Shown here: piece by piece, positions 10,331 through 20,821 of the stretch
Layout: every line of letters begins with the position of its first letter
How positions within the stretch are numbered: position 1 is the stretch's first letter
From: Caecitellus pseudoparvulus
Lineage: Eukaryota > Protista > Bigyra: Bicosoecida
DNA length: 64,000 nt
NCBI GenBank assembly: GCA_965644315.1
Contig: CBFFRQ010000068.1
Span: forward strand, 1,116,001 to 1,180,000
Direction of reading: 5' to 3'
Made by a program: the position numbers and the translations under genes
The notes under the pieces: model-generated
What the model saw: only the letters and a program-made list of their open reading frames with translations
Database searches by the model: none
Told to the model about the DNA's origin: nothing

Positions 10331-13300
10331 ATGGCGTTGGCGTGTGGAGGGTGGCAACATGCACCTTCCTCCGCCCCCATGCGGAAATTGCCCCGCGACA
10401 CGCCAACGCAATCAACCGCCGGGATGTGGTGTCACTTGAGAACGTTGGTCCCCACTTCAGCGCCACATGCAGGCCTTGCAGCCCTCCGCGGTATGGGTGG
10501 CAGGAAAACTCGCTTCCGAATCCTGAAGCTCCTCGAGGCTTGCATACCGCGAAAGTCACCTGCTTTCGGCGAGCTGGTCCAAGCAGTGTTTGAGCTTGCG
10601 GTGCTGGCTGGCGACGACCGTGTGGTGGCGACCATGCTCGCTGAGTGTGCTGGTGATTTGAGAACCCTTGGGTGCGGGGAGCTCGGCGTAGCCAGCATCT
10701 TGGACTTGGCCTGCGCGGAGGACAGCAGCATGATGCATGCGCTGCTGCTGCCACGAACCCGCAGCCGCGCGGACGTCGAGTTCGACGTGTTCGCAAGCCC
10801 AACTGACTTCGAAGCCTTCTTGCACGTGTGTGCTGGAGATGGGCATGCGGGGGCGTTCAAAGCAGCCCTGCAGCATGCTGCCAAGCGCCCGGGCGCCCTC
10901 CCGGTGGCTGACTGGACCGGCATAGTCTACGCAGCAGCCAGCACGACGAGCCTGGCCATGTGGCGGACACTGTGCGATTGCATGATGGAAGCAGGCGCCA
11001 TGCAGGGTGTGGTGGGTGTGTACCCTGACCTGGCTGCGGCCGCCGCCCCGCCAGCCATCCTCATGCACGTGCTAGACAACACAGGAATACGGCAGCTGCT
11101 CCCGTACGTGCTACAGCGCCTGGAGCCCCTGTCCGGGCACCATGTGGTGACGGAGCAAGTGGTCGCTTTCATCAATGGCCTGGCCGTTGACGACGCCCAC
11201 ATCCTGCACGTGCTGCAATCCCTGCTGCTCGCGACTGATTGCGACGGACACCCCTTCCTCGCCGCGGCGCCCGCCATCCCTGAGATGTGTGCGACGCTGG
11301 AGGCTGTATTGATCGCATGGCGAGGACCGACAGGCTCCCCTGACAGCCCTTGGCCCGTGCAGCTCATGCTGCACCTTGCCGAGCGGCAAGACAGCACGCT
11401 TGCGAAAGTGGTGGCTCTGTGCTCGGTGGCTGCAGACAAGGCTGGGCATCGGGACTTCGTCACTCCGCTGCTTGATTTCCTGTCTCAAGAGCGCAGCCAC
11501 ATGGCTGCTCAGCTGGCCGGCGTCTGTGCGGCTGCCCAAGGCGGGGGCCAGGGACATGACTGCTCCATCTCCCACTTGTCCGGTGGCACGCTACTGCCAT
11601 CCGACCTCATGGAGCAGCTGTCGCTGCCGCTGCGCTTGGCTCTCCTGTGCACAGGGCGCGCGCTTGGGCACAAGATGTTGGTCACTCGGCTGGCCCGCTT
11701 CCCTCTCCACCTGCAAGACATGACCCTGCTGACGCAGGCAGTAGCAGAGGGCCGCATCCCCATTCCTGGTGAGCGCCCGACAGCCACGTGGCTTGAACTG
11801 CTCGCTGCGAGGGCGTGTCTGTTTGGCAACCCTGAGCTGCTGCGGTGGGTGCTACGGCAGCAGTGTGGAGTGCTGCCGTCCCTCGCGAACCCCATTGCAG
11901 CCGCCCGCGGCGTGCCTGACACAGTTCGCCCACTCGAACAGACTGCCCTGCGGGGGCACTTTCTCGTTTTGTGTGCACTCCTGCATCCTCGCGGGCTGGA
12001 GTGCGGTGTGGACATCCAGAACCATGGGTGTGAAGCGTTGAAGTTCGCCGCTGGCCGCGGACATTACCGCATCGTAAAAAAGTTGCTTTCTCACCGTACA
12101 CAGGAGCTGCGACCACGGCTAAGTCAGGAAGCAGCCCTGCTGATCATTAGCCAGGCAGTCGACTTCGGACATGCCAAGGTCTTGCGCCTGCTGCTTCTCC
12201 ACCCACTGCTGCGAGGCTTTTTCCCTGTCGCAGTGTCAAGCTTGATGCTGTTCCCGGCACCCTCTGGTCCGCAAGCAGTGGAGACGTTCAAGGCCCAGCT
12301 GCAAGCCATTCCTGTCCTTCATGATCAAGCGTACAAAGGGGGCTCGTACACCCTCCGCAACTGCCTGCATGGGTGTCCACACTCCACGGAAACCCAGTTC
12401 ATGCTACTTCGCCGAGTCGACGGCCGCCGAGCAGTTGCCACGCTACCATCGACACACACAGAGCTGCCCTTGTCCTTCCTTGCGAGCCTACAAGACAGAG
12501 ACGTGCAGCGCGCGCGGCATTCCATCGAAGGTATTGCTGAAGCCGGAGACCAGGTGGACTCCAGCACAAGGGGGGCAGTTGCAATTCTGGCAGCTGCCGG
12601 GCAGCTCATGGCAGAGCTGCGCAGCTTCAAACTGGAGCCGCACACTCGATCCCTCGTCTCGTCTTTTCACTGGGTGCACCGCAAAGACCTGGTCCTCCTT
12701 CGTGCACAGCGACGGCCCCTGCGAGGTCATCCCACTCCATTTGAGTGCCTCGCTGTAAGCGACTCGTTGCAGGCACTCATGGGATCACAGGCAGTATCGA
12801 GAGCAAGCTTGACTGAAGCTGCTCTGCATGTCTTGCGAGGCAGGGCCCCTCCCCGTGATATCCTCGTGCTTTCTGAGAATGAAGCTTGGGACAGGGCCCT
12901 CTCGTTCGCTTGGGTGCTCAACAAAGCTTTGCAGTTCGACAGCCCTGCAGTGTTGCGCCTGGTCCTTGGCCCGGGTGGACAACCGACCACAAGCTTTGCC
13001 CGGGGTCCTTGGTCTCGGGTTACGCTCAGCCGCAGCCTGGTGGCGTCGGCCGTGTACAGCAACGCTCCTCGGTGCTTCGAACTCGCATTGAGTGAGGAAT
13101 TGGAGCCAGTCACCTTGATTGCATTCAGGCCCATACGATATTTGGACATTCCTTCGGTGAACATGCTGCGTGGTGTTTGTGAGGCAATCCTGTGCACACC
13201 TGAAGTCCAAGCTGCCGACCAGGCAGAGCGAAAAGCCATCCTCACCGACTTCGCCACTCGGCTGCTTGGGCGAGAGCACACGCAACTACCTGTTCTCCAG

Positions 13301-13942
13301 CGGTGGGTGACTATGAAAGGCATTCCTTGGTGGAGTGACGCCCTCCCTCGGGTGGATGAGGTGATCCTGTCCTGCGGAGCCAGGTCGTTTGCGTTGCCCC
13401 TGCTCGAGTCTCTCACGCGACAGTCCCCGCACCTGCACCCTGCGGATCTCCGCCGAAGTAGAGACCACATCCTGCAGGTTTGCCTTCGAGAAACACGCCC
13501 CGAGCACCTGGGGCGCATCATGTCCTTGCTTTCGCCACCACCTGCCGAAGAGCTGCAGTCTCCCCGTAGTGGCACATGCTCTGCCACCGAGCTGCTGATG
13601 AGCCTGGTGAACCGACAAGCCTGCCTGGCCGCGGACAGCGTGAGCAAAGCTGCTTCTGTGTGTTCCGTGGTCCTGCGGGGGATTCAGCGACAGAAGGCAG
13701 ACCCAGCACTTGCGCTCCAGATCGCGGGTGCGTCGGTGCGCTTCCTCAGCCTGAGCACTGACTCGCAGGACATTGAAGCGGCTGGACAGCTCTGCAGCTC
13801 ACTTGCTCGCGAAGGGGTTTTCAAGAAGCCCCGTCTGAGACGCCTTCGAGGAATCCTCAGAGGCCCCAGGTGGGTGACGCGCTGGCAAATTGTGCTCCTC
13901 CGGAAGCAAGTCGCCGGAAACCTGGCGGCGACTGGAAAATGA
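10331..13942 (+). CDS. Ankyrin-repeat-like helical protein (start codon uncertain)
   Basis: 1207-aa ORF. Ankyrin-like units PLEQTALRGHFLVLCALL, EALKFAAGRGHYRIVKKLL, AVDFGHAKVLRLLL, ACLFGNPELLRWVL. Confidence 0.6.
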   Translation: MALACGGWQHAPSSAPMRKLPRDTPTQSTAGMWCHLRTLVPTSAPHAGLAALRGMGGRKTRFRILKLLEACIPRKSPAFGELVQAVFELAVLAGDDRVVATMLAECAGDLRTLGCGELGVASILDLACAEDSSMMHALLLPRTRSRADVEFDVFASPTDFEAFLHVCAGDGHAGAFKAALQHAAKRPGALPVADWTGIVYAAASTTSLAMWRTLCDCMMEAGAMQGVVGVYPDLAAAAAPPAILMHVLDNTGIRQLLPYVLQRLEPLSGHHVVTEQVVAFINGLAVDDAHILHVLQSLLLATDCDGHPFLAAAPAIPEMCATLEAVLIAWRGPTGSPDSPWPVQLMLHLAERQDSTLAKVVALCSVAADKAGHRDFVTPLLDFLSQERSHMAAQLAGVCAAAQGGGQGHDCSISHLSGGTLLPSDLMEQLSLPLRLALLCTGRALGHKMLVTRLARFPLHLQDMTLLTQAVAEGRIPIPGERPTATWLELLAARACLFGNPELLRWVLRQQCGVLPSLANPIAAARGVPDTVRPLEQTALRGHFLVLCALLHPRGLECGVDIQNHGCEALKFAAGRGHYRIVKKLLSHRTQELRPRLSQEAALLIISQAVDFGHAKVLRLLLLHPLLRGFFPVAVSSLMLFPAPSGPQAVETFKAQLQAIPVLHDQAYKGGSYTLRNCLHGCPHSTETQFMLLRRVDGRRAVATLPSTHTELPLSFLASLQDRDVQRARHSIEGIAEAGDQVDSSTRGAVAILAAAGQLMAELRSFKLEPHTRSLVSSFHWVHRKDLVLLRAQRRPLRGHPTPFECLAVSDSLQALMGSQAVSRASLTEAALHVLRGRAPPRDILVLSENEAWDRALSFAWVLNKALQFDSPAVLRLVLGPGGQPTTSFARGPWSRVTLSRSLVASAVYSNAPRCFELALSEELEPVTLIAFRPIRYLDIPSVNMLRGVCEAILCTPEVQAADQAERKAILTDFATRLLGREHTQLPVLQRWVTMKGIPWWSDALPRVDEVILSCGARSFALPLLESLTRQSPHLHPADLRRSRDHILQVCLRETRPEHLGRIMSLLSPPPAEELQSPRSGTCSATELLMSLVNRQACLAADSVSKAASVCSVVLRGIQRQKADPALALQIAGASVRFLSLSTDSQDIEAAGQLCSSLAREGVFKKPRLRRLRGILRGPRWVTRWQIVLLRKQVAGNLAATGK

Positions 13943-14088
13943 GACTCCACATTACATTCGACGCTTCATCCGACGTTCTTGCTTTTGATACTGCGTCGGG
14001 CTGTTGAACCCTCCTGCCCACGCTTGTCGCCTAGTCGCCTTGGTAGACTGGTCACGTATTTCTGCAGCTCTGCCAACGCCAGCGTTCC

Positions 14089-15083
14089 ATGGCGGCAAGA
14101 CGCAGCTTCAGCCCAGTCTCCCAGACGGCTGCAGAGGTGTTGAAGCTAATGCCTGGATCAATGAGTATGTTGCAAGACATGGTCTCTGCTTCCAAGTACC
14201 TCACGTGCGTCACTGGAGCCGGGGTCAGCACAGGTGCGCCATGCGGAAACTGCATGCGAAGTGGCGATGCAGCACCAACTTGCACCCGCTCCTGGCTTTG
14301 ATCGGGTGTGCAGAAAGTGGGATCCCCGACTATCGCAGTCCCCATCGCCCGGAATACACGCCTCTGCAGCATGGGGACTTCATCACCAAAGAAGCCACTC
14401 GGCAACGGTACTGGGCAAGGAGCATGATTGGCTACAAGAACTTGTCCCGCACGGTGCCGAACGACACGCACAAGCTGCTGGCAAAGATGGAGGGCATGGG
14501 GAAGGTAAAGCATGTCATCACGCAGAATGTTGACCGACACCACCAAGGAGCCGGCAGCCAGAGCGTGCTGGAGCTGCACGGTACCATCCACGAAGTGGAG
14601 TGCATACAGCCTGAATGTTCTTGGACTGGCCCCAGGCAGCTGGTTCAGGAGATGATGGAGGAAGACAATGAGCTGTGGATCTTGCAGTATGCGGAGTCCC
14701 TGACAGAGGAAACAGCCCGGCCTGACGGAGATGTGGTCCTCCCTGCCTCAGCATACAGCACGTTTCATATGCCGAAGTGCCCGTCCTGTGGGAGCGAACT
14801 CCTGAAGCCGAGAGTGGTCTTTCACGGCGGGCAGATTCCCCAGCATGTCAAAGAAGCAGCAACGGCTGCCGTTGACGCAGCAGATGCGTTGCTCATTCTC
14901 GGCACGACCCTGTCCACCTGGTCTGGCTTCCGGCTTGCCAAGCGCGCGTGTGAGGCCGGCAAGCCCATTGCAGTGGTGAATTACGGCCCCACGCGTGCCG
15001 ACAGGCTTAACCCTGCACCTCTTACATTGCATGCCTCCACTTCTGCTGTACTGCACGCGCTGATGGCCGGCTTGCAAAGGTGA
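14089..15083 (+). CDS. SIRT4: NAD-dependent sirtuin, class II (SIRT4-like); intron 14234-14313
   Basis: Splicing GTGCGC..CAG restores TGAGVSTESGIPDYRSP. Also RYWARSM, ITQNVD, ELHG, RPDGDV and Zn-binding Cys pairs. The basic N-terminus (MAARRSFS) could be a mitochondrial presequence. Confidence 0.9.
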
Positions 15084-15124
15084 GGCCAGGCTGTGGCTCT
15101 GCCAATCTACATTACAGCCTGCAG

Positions 15125-16154
15125 CTACTCAGCCTTGCTTGCAGTGGTCCGCTTGTGCAGCGCAGCATCTCCCATGCCTGGTCGGGGCAAACTTGCGGTG
15201 CCAGCAGTCGGTCGCTGGCTGCTGCCCACGACGCCTTTCAGAGCTGTTGGTGTACCAGATGCTACCATACCGTGCACGTGGGGCTCTCGAGAGCGCAGTG
15301 CTCCGGCCGGGACAGACGCACCTCCAGAAGCGCGGAGGCCGCCTTCCAGCAGCTCCCCTTCGTCGGAGGGGGGGTGCATGTCGGAGGCAGGGGCCCAGCT
15401 AACTCCGAGCTGTGTCAGCATCTCGTGCACCTTGGCAGTGCGCTTCACGGGCCGCAACAGCGCGTGTGCGAGGATGCCTGTGTTTGGGAAATCAGCATGA
15501 GGAGCGGTGACGTTGCCCACCGGCGTCCAGTCCGCGAGAGAAACTTACAAGTTGCTCCGAAGAGCAGCACCCAGAGGAGCGTGGTCAATGTGCCTGACAG
15601 GCCCAACACCAGCAAGCTAAAAACGCCCGCGACTCCCATGCGATGTGTTGGGGACTTCACGTGCACTGCGTAGCGCTGCACAGGCGGTGGGAGGGCTCGA
15701 ACTCGCAGACTCATGATGACAAGGCTGCCTGCCACAGCGATGGCAAGTGCGATCAGGAGCAGCAAGTTCCAGAACCTGTAGGAGGGCGACCGGCAACTTT
15801 GCGAGGGAAATCCGCCGTACACCAGTTGTCAGCACGCACATTCCAATCACAAACAGCCCCATGAGCAGCGCCAGGTAGTTCGCTCTGTAGTACAGCACGT
15901 TGGTGAAGACGCCTTTCTCCACGCTGCGCCAGTCGCTGAACTGGGGCACCTGAGGGAAACGGTTGAAGAAGTCCGTTTGCCAGGGCTGTGAGGTGGGAGG
16001 GGGGGCGGATGTGCTCGTGGGGTGGCAGGAGGGCTGTGTTGCTGGCGCAGAACAAGGGCCGCCTGCGAATGCACTGCCACTTGGCGTAACGCCACGAAAC
16101 GCAGAGCAACCCACCCGAAGCGTGCCAAACCCGGCTGTCTTCGCCCAAATCCAT
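15125..16154 (-). CDS. PRA1 family protein (prenylated Rab acceptor); predicted introns 16130-15986, 15839-15776, 15548-15478
   Basis: Spliced product has RPWQTDFF, NVLYYRANY, hydrophobic hairpins and ILAHALLRP, all PRA1 signatures. All three introns are GT..AG and keep the frame. Confidence 0.85.
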
Positions 16155-16709
16155 AGCTCGCGGAGTTCTGCAGCGTAGTTATGATGCAGTGCATGCGTGC
16201 CATTCCATTCGCCGCCTGCAGGCGCTCGCCGTACCCTCCTCAATGCCAGTGTTACCGTCCATTGCGCTGCGCCGGGTATGCCGAGGTTTTGCCAGTGTGT
16301 AATTCCCAGCTCTGTGCCGTGTGGCAGACAAGTGACCCGACTGCAACGGGACTTTTGGTGGACAAGTTTGTGTCGTGGGAAATGGAGGATATATTGCCGA
16401 TGTTGGTGCTACGCGAAACACAGTCACGGTAGTGTTGTTTAGATATGAGTACATGAAATTACAAGACATCGCGTGAGCCTCGTCGCCTTTGATAAGGAAA
16501 AAGGGGTGTTGGTATGCACAAAATAAACCCCACCCGCCCCTCTGAGCGGGGCCCCACACAAGTGACGACCACCTGCTAGCTTTCAGGACCGTGCATGGTC
16601 TCCCAGGTTGAGGAAGTACGGATCCAAGTGCGGTCGGGGTGGGCCAGCGCTTGTACCCACGGTTGCAAGGGGGACCCCTCCAGAACGTGGCAAGTGTGAA
16701 AAGCGACTC

Positions 16710-19700
16710 ATGGCTGACCAGGTTGTCAGTCAACTGCAGGTGCTTCTGTCAACTTTCTATGGTGGATCGTGTGATAAAGCTCGCAGGAAAGAGATTGGTG
16801 AGGCAGTGTGCCCGGGAGCAATTTCCGCGCCAGGCCCTGCCACCCGCCTGGTTCTGCACACAGAGAGGAAGCTGTTTGATTTTCGCCACCACAAGGCCGC
16901 CTGGCACATCTGTGCCCACATCCTACGGAGACAGTGCGTGGCAGCTATAGCGATGCCTCACCTGAGTTCTGCGCTGGCAGCTCAATTCCTCCCCTGTCGT
17001 GTTCAACTGCTGCTCGCAGGAATGACGCGTACCTGTGCTTCTTTGCTGCCCAAACCATTGAAGTCATGCTTCGAAATCGGTGGGGAGTGAGTGATTGCCT
17101 TTGGCTGCCAGGCTCCACGGCCCGCCACCTTCCTCCTTTCCTCAAGCAGGACCTCACAGCTGAGGACGCGGACCAGCTGCGCACGTTACTCTGGGAGGGA
17201 TGCCTGCTGCAGAAGGCTGCACTGTATGCACCGTTCGTGACGAACAAGCTTGTAAAGGTGGCCGTGGATGTGGCTGTGCTTACCTGGGCGTCGGCTGGAC
17301 ATGGCCTGCTCGGTGACATCGCCAAGCTACTGCAGCAGCACGACAGCACAGCAGTGGCCCTTGGCCTGGCGGTGCTGGAGACGCTGTGTGAAGAGTGCAC
17401 AGGGTCACCTCCTCCTATCTTGTCCTCAGGCCTTGTCACGTCTGATAGTGCCAGTGCTGTTCGGCGCCAGCTGTCGGACCAGCTGTCAACGTTTGGTGTG
17501 GCCCTGAGCGCCGTGCTGCAGCAAGCTGCCTCCGGCTCGTACTCAGGGGCAGCACTCTCTCCAAGTGCTGGGCAGTCCCCGACAAAGGCAACCAGCTCCC
17601 AGGGAATGTTTGGCGGGCAGCCAGGGGCGGCTGCTGTGAACCAAAGCCTCACCAAGCGAGCCCTTTCCTGCCTGGGACTCACCATTTCGGAGTGGAGGTT
17701 GGGCGAACACGTACAGCTAAGCGCCTTGAACACTGTCTTTGCCTTGGTCTCCGCGGGCCTGCAAGCCTCACACACGGCGTCATCGCAGTCAGCGGTGACT
17801 GTCGCCGCAGTGAATGTTGTGGTGGACGTTGTGCGCACGTCCTCCGTTCCGTCACAGTTCCAGGGCCTGTTCGGGGACGTGGCCATGCAGATGCTGCGAG
17901 GGGTAGAGGCACTCCTGGGCGCCCATCCGTCAGCCCCAGCATCCAGGATGCTCCAAATGCTGCCGGACGAAATCGTGGGCAAGTTCGCGGAGTTCGTGGG
18001 CGTCTTCCTGCAGTTTCATGTTGGCCGCCTGTCTGACTTGGCAAGGTTCTCCTTGCCTGACTTTGTGCGGGTGTTTTTCAGCTTTACAGTGGCACTGGCA
18101 GATGTGTCTTCTTTCTCTGCCGACGCGTACTTGTCGTGCCTCCAGGGTTGGAGCGCGTTGGTGGACCACTTCACAGCTTCCCCTGCCGGCACCAGCAGTC
18201 CGACAGGCGGAGAGGCGGCCGTGTACATGTCTGCCATTTCCAGCTTGGCCACTCAGCTGCTGGATCGCGTGCAGTTTGCGAAGAATGGGGAGTTGCTCTC
18301 CATGCTCGACGACGGCGATGCGGCTGAAGACCGATCTTCTGTCGCTGGCTCCACGTCCACCACTGCCACAATGGGCTCTGTGCTGCCAGCCCTCCCTGGC
18401 AGGGCAATGCTTGGTGCAGGGGCCGGCACGCCTCCACGTCAGCCACCCACAGCAGGTGCCCCTTCGAGAGGCGCAGCAAGCAGGATCGGCGCCTCGGGCA
18501 CTGGGTCGGGAGGCAACAGCATCTTTGGGGATTTACTCTGGGAGCCAGACGAATTGGAGGAGGGCGGCTGGGACGAGTCAGGGAGGGCCACAGACGACAC
18601 TGACGGCGGTTCAGGTACGGTTCAGGTGCTGCAAAGGGTGCTCCCGCCGAGCAGCACACTGGGTCGCAGTGACCTGGATGAGTACATTTACCAGTGCCTG
18701 TTGCTCCTCGCACGCATCGGGCGCCTGCCGGCGGTCACTCAAGCTCTGGTGTCAGCTGTCTTGACACGGCTGCAGGAGACGGCGGCGACGACCAGAGCCG
18801 CAGTCGAGTCTTCTACGACAGTGGAGGAGGACGCGCAATGGAATGTGTACGACACGTCCACTCTGTGCGGCCTGACCGCAACTCTGGCCCACGTCTGGAC
18901 GTCGCACTCCGTATCGGCGTCCGCAGCTGCGCAGGCCACTGCTGGCCAAGTTCTCCAACTCACAGCCGCGCTGGGTGCCAGTGTCAGCCGAGCGCTGCAA
19001 CACAGGGCTTCCTCGGCCGGGGCGGCTTGCCTGCCCCAGCACTTGCTGCATCGATTGCAGCGCTCGTGCTTTACGTGCCTCCTCGCCATGCTGCCGTGGC
19101 TGGACTTGCACCTGCCTTCCACCAGCGCCGTCGTGGAAGCGTGCCTCTCAGATGCGACGGCAGATGCTGTACTGTCAGACATCTTGACACTGGTTGTTGC
19201 CGCGGTAGACTCGCGGGGGGCAGTGTCACCCCCATCCGACAGCACGATTGCGTCAGCCGTGACTCTATTCACTGCCCTCACAGAGCGCTCACAGGCTTTC
19301 ACGCAGCGCTTGTTGCGCCTACCCCTTGCCAAGTCTCTGGTGCAAAGCCTACCTGAGCTCTCAGCCGCATTGCCCACCGATGCCCAGGCACATCTCCTGG
19401 CGGCAGTGTGCAAACTGTTGGTGCAGGGGGGCAGCGCTGACGGGTTGCTCACGCTTGAGCAGCTCTTGCGCTCGTACACGTCCCCGCTGCAGAAACTGGC
19501 AGCCCCTGCGGCCAGTGCGGAAGGACAAGACCTGACCGTCGCAGTGGCCGCAGACCGATCCCTGCCGAGTCAACTGAAGCGCATGTGCACGATTCTGCTC
19601 GCCGTTTGCCGCGGCCTGGCGGGTGTGCCCGACAGTTTGCGGTCCAGCCTGAGGGAGCTCTTTTCCCCGCTGGTCAGCGTGCTTGTGAAAGTGACTGCTG

Positions 19701-20770
19701 TGCTTCTATCACCCGCAACGAGCGCTGCGCTCATGACCAGACGCGGACACGCGCCGACTGCCCCAGCCGCTATCGCAGTTTCGTGCCTCAACGCAGCGGC
19801 TGCGTCCCTGCGCTTCATCGGCTGCTTCCTGGACTGCATTGGGCCAGGGGATCGTTCCTGGCCTGGAAGCATTACGAGGACGATTGCACAGCCCATGTCT
19901 GTCGCCCTCACAAGTGGCCTGCTGGTCCCAGCCAGGCACGGGACTGCCCACGCAGCCAGGGGCAGCTCCCACTCTGCCACCCGCGTGCTGTTGGAGTTCA
20001 TGCGCCTCATGAGGCACTGCTGCAGTGTAGTCGAGGGGAAGGCTGCCTCCTCAGAGCTCTGCACTTTGGTCTTGGAGGCCATGGGGCCCACTGGACTAGC
20101 GGCGCTGGTTGAGCAGGGCCAGGCTCCTCAGGCACCGCCGGTCGCGCCACACTCCAGAGATCCACATGCTGACCTCAGCCCTGCCCTGCACCTTCTCGTG
20201 CGCCAGGTGCTGGAGCAACACTGGCGAGTGTTCGCCGTGTCCAAAGCAGAGGCTGGTGGGCAAGAGGCAGGCTTTCGAAGCGCCGATGCTGCTGGGCAGG
20301 TGGAGGGCATGGTGTCCCTCGTGCTGGCCAGCATGGCAGCGCCCGGGCTTGCGCCCTCGTTGCTGCGCCTGCACTTGGCGACGCTGAGGCGCATGCAGGT
20401 TAAGCAACGCGCGTTCAGCCTGCCACCAATGCGGGTGTCCATCTTGCCCCGTGTCCTGACCTTGCTCTTGCGGCTCTTGCTGCAGGGTGAGCACACCCTG
20501 CTCACTGATGAGTTGCACAGCACCCTGTGGTGCCTCGTGACAGCAGCAGAGCAGCCGGAGGCTGCCACGTTGGCTTGCTTACAAGGCGTGCTGGCTGACA
20601 TGAGGTGGCTGCGCCCGCAGCATGTGGCCGCTCTCGAGGGCAAGGCTGCGCAAGTTGTAGCTGCAGCTCGGCAGGGGGGCAGTTCGGACTTCCGGCAGGG
20701 CCTGGACAACATCTGCGCAGACCTGCGGGTGTGGGGTTCCAGCGTAGCCGCCGCTGCCGAGCACGGGTGA
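16710..20770 (+). CDS. XPO6: Exportin-6-like karyopherin; predicted introns 16798-16863, 16934-17019, 17087-17149
   Basis: Spliced N-terminus LLSTFY..RRKEIERKLFDF..AWHIC..YLCFFAAQTIE..W..PFVTNKLVKVAVDVA..LGLAVLETLCEE follows the recalled human XPO6 N-terminus (RKREIEELL, AWRFC, FIRNKLCKVIVDIG, LGLIMLKTTSEE). QFAKNGELLSMLDD resembles QFRYNQAQLEELDD. Confidence 0.75.
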
Positions 20771-20821
20771 GGGGGGCTGCATTTAGGGAGGGACAGCCCC
20801 GCACCGACGCCACCAGCGCAA

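Noticed and set aside
16155-16709. Possible ncRNA in the AT-richer gap between PRA1 and XPO6
   Set aside because: No recognisable snRNA, snoRNA box pair or tRNA structure. More simply a bidirectional promoter; an Rfam scan would settle it.
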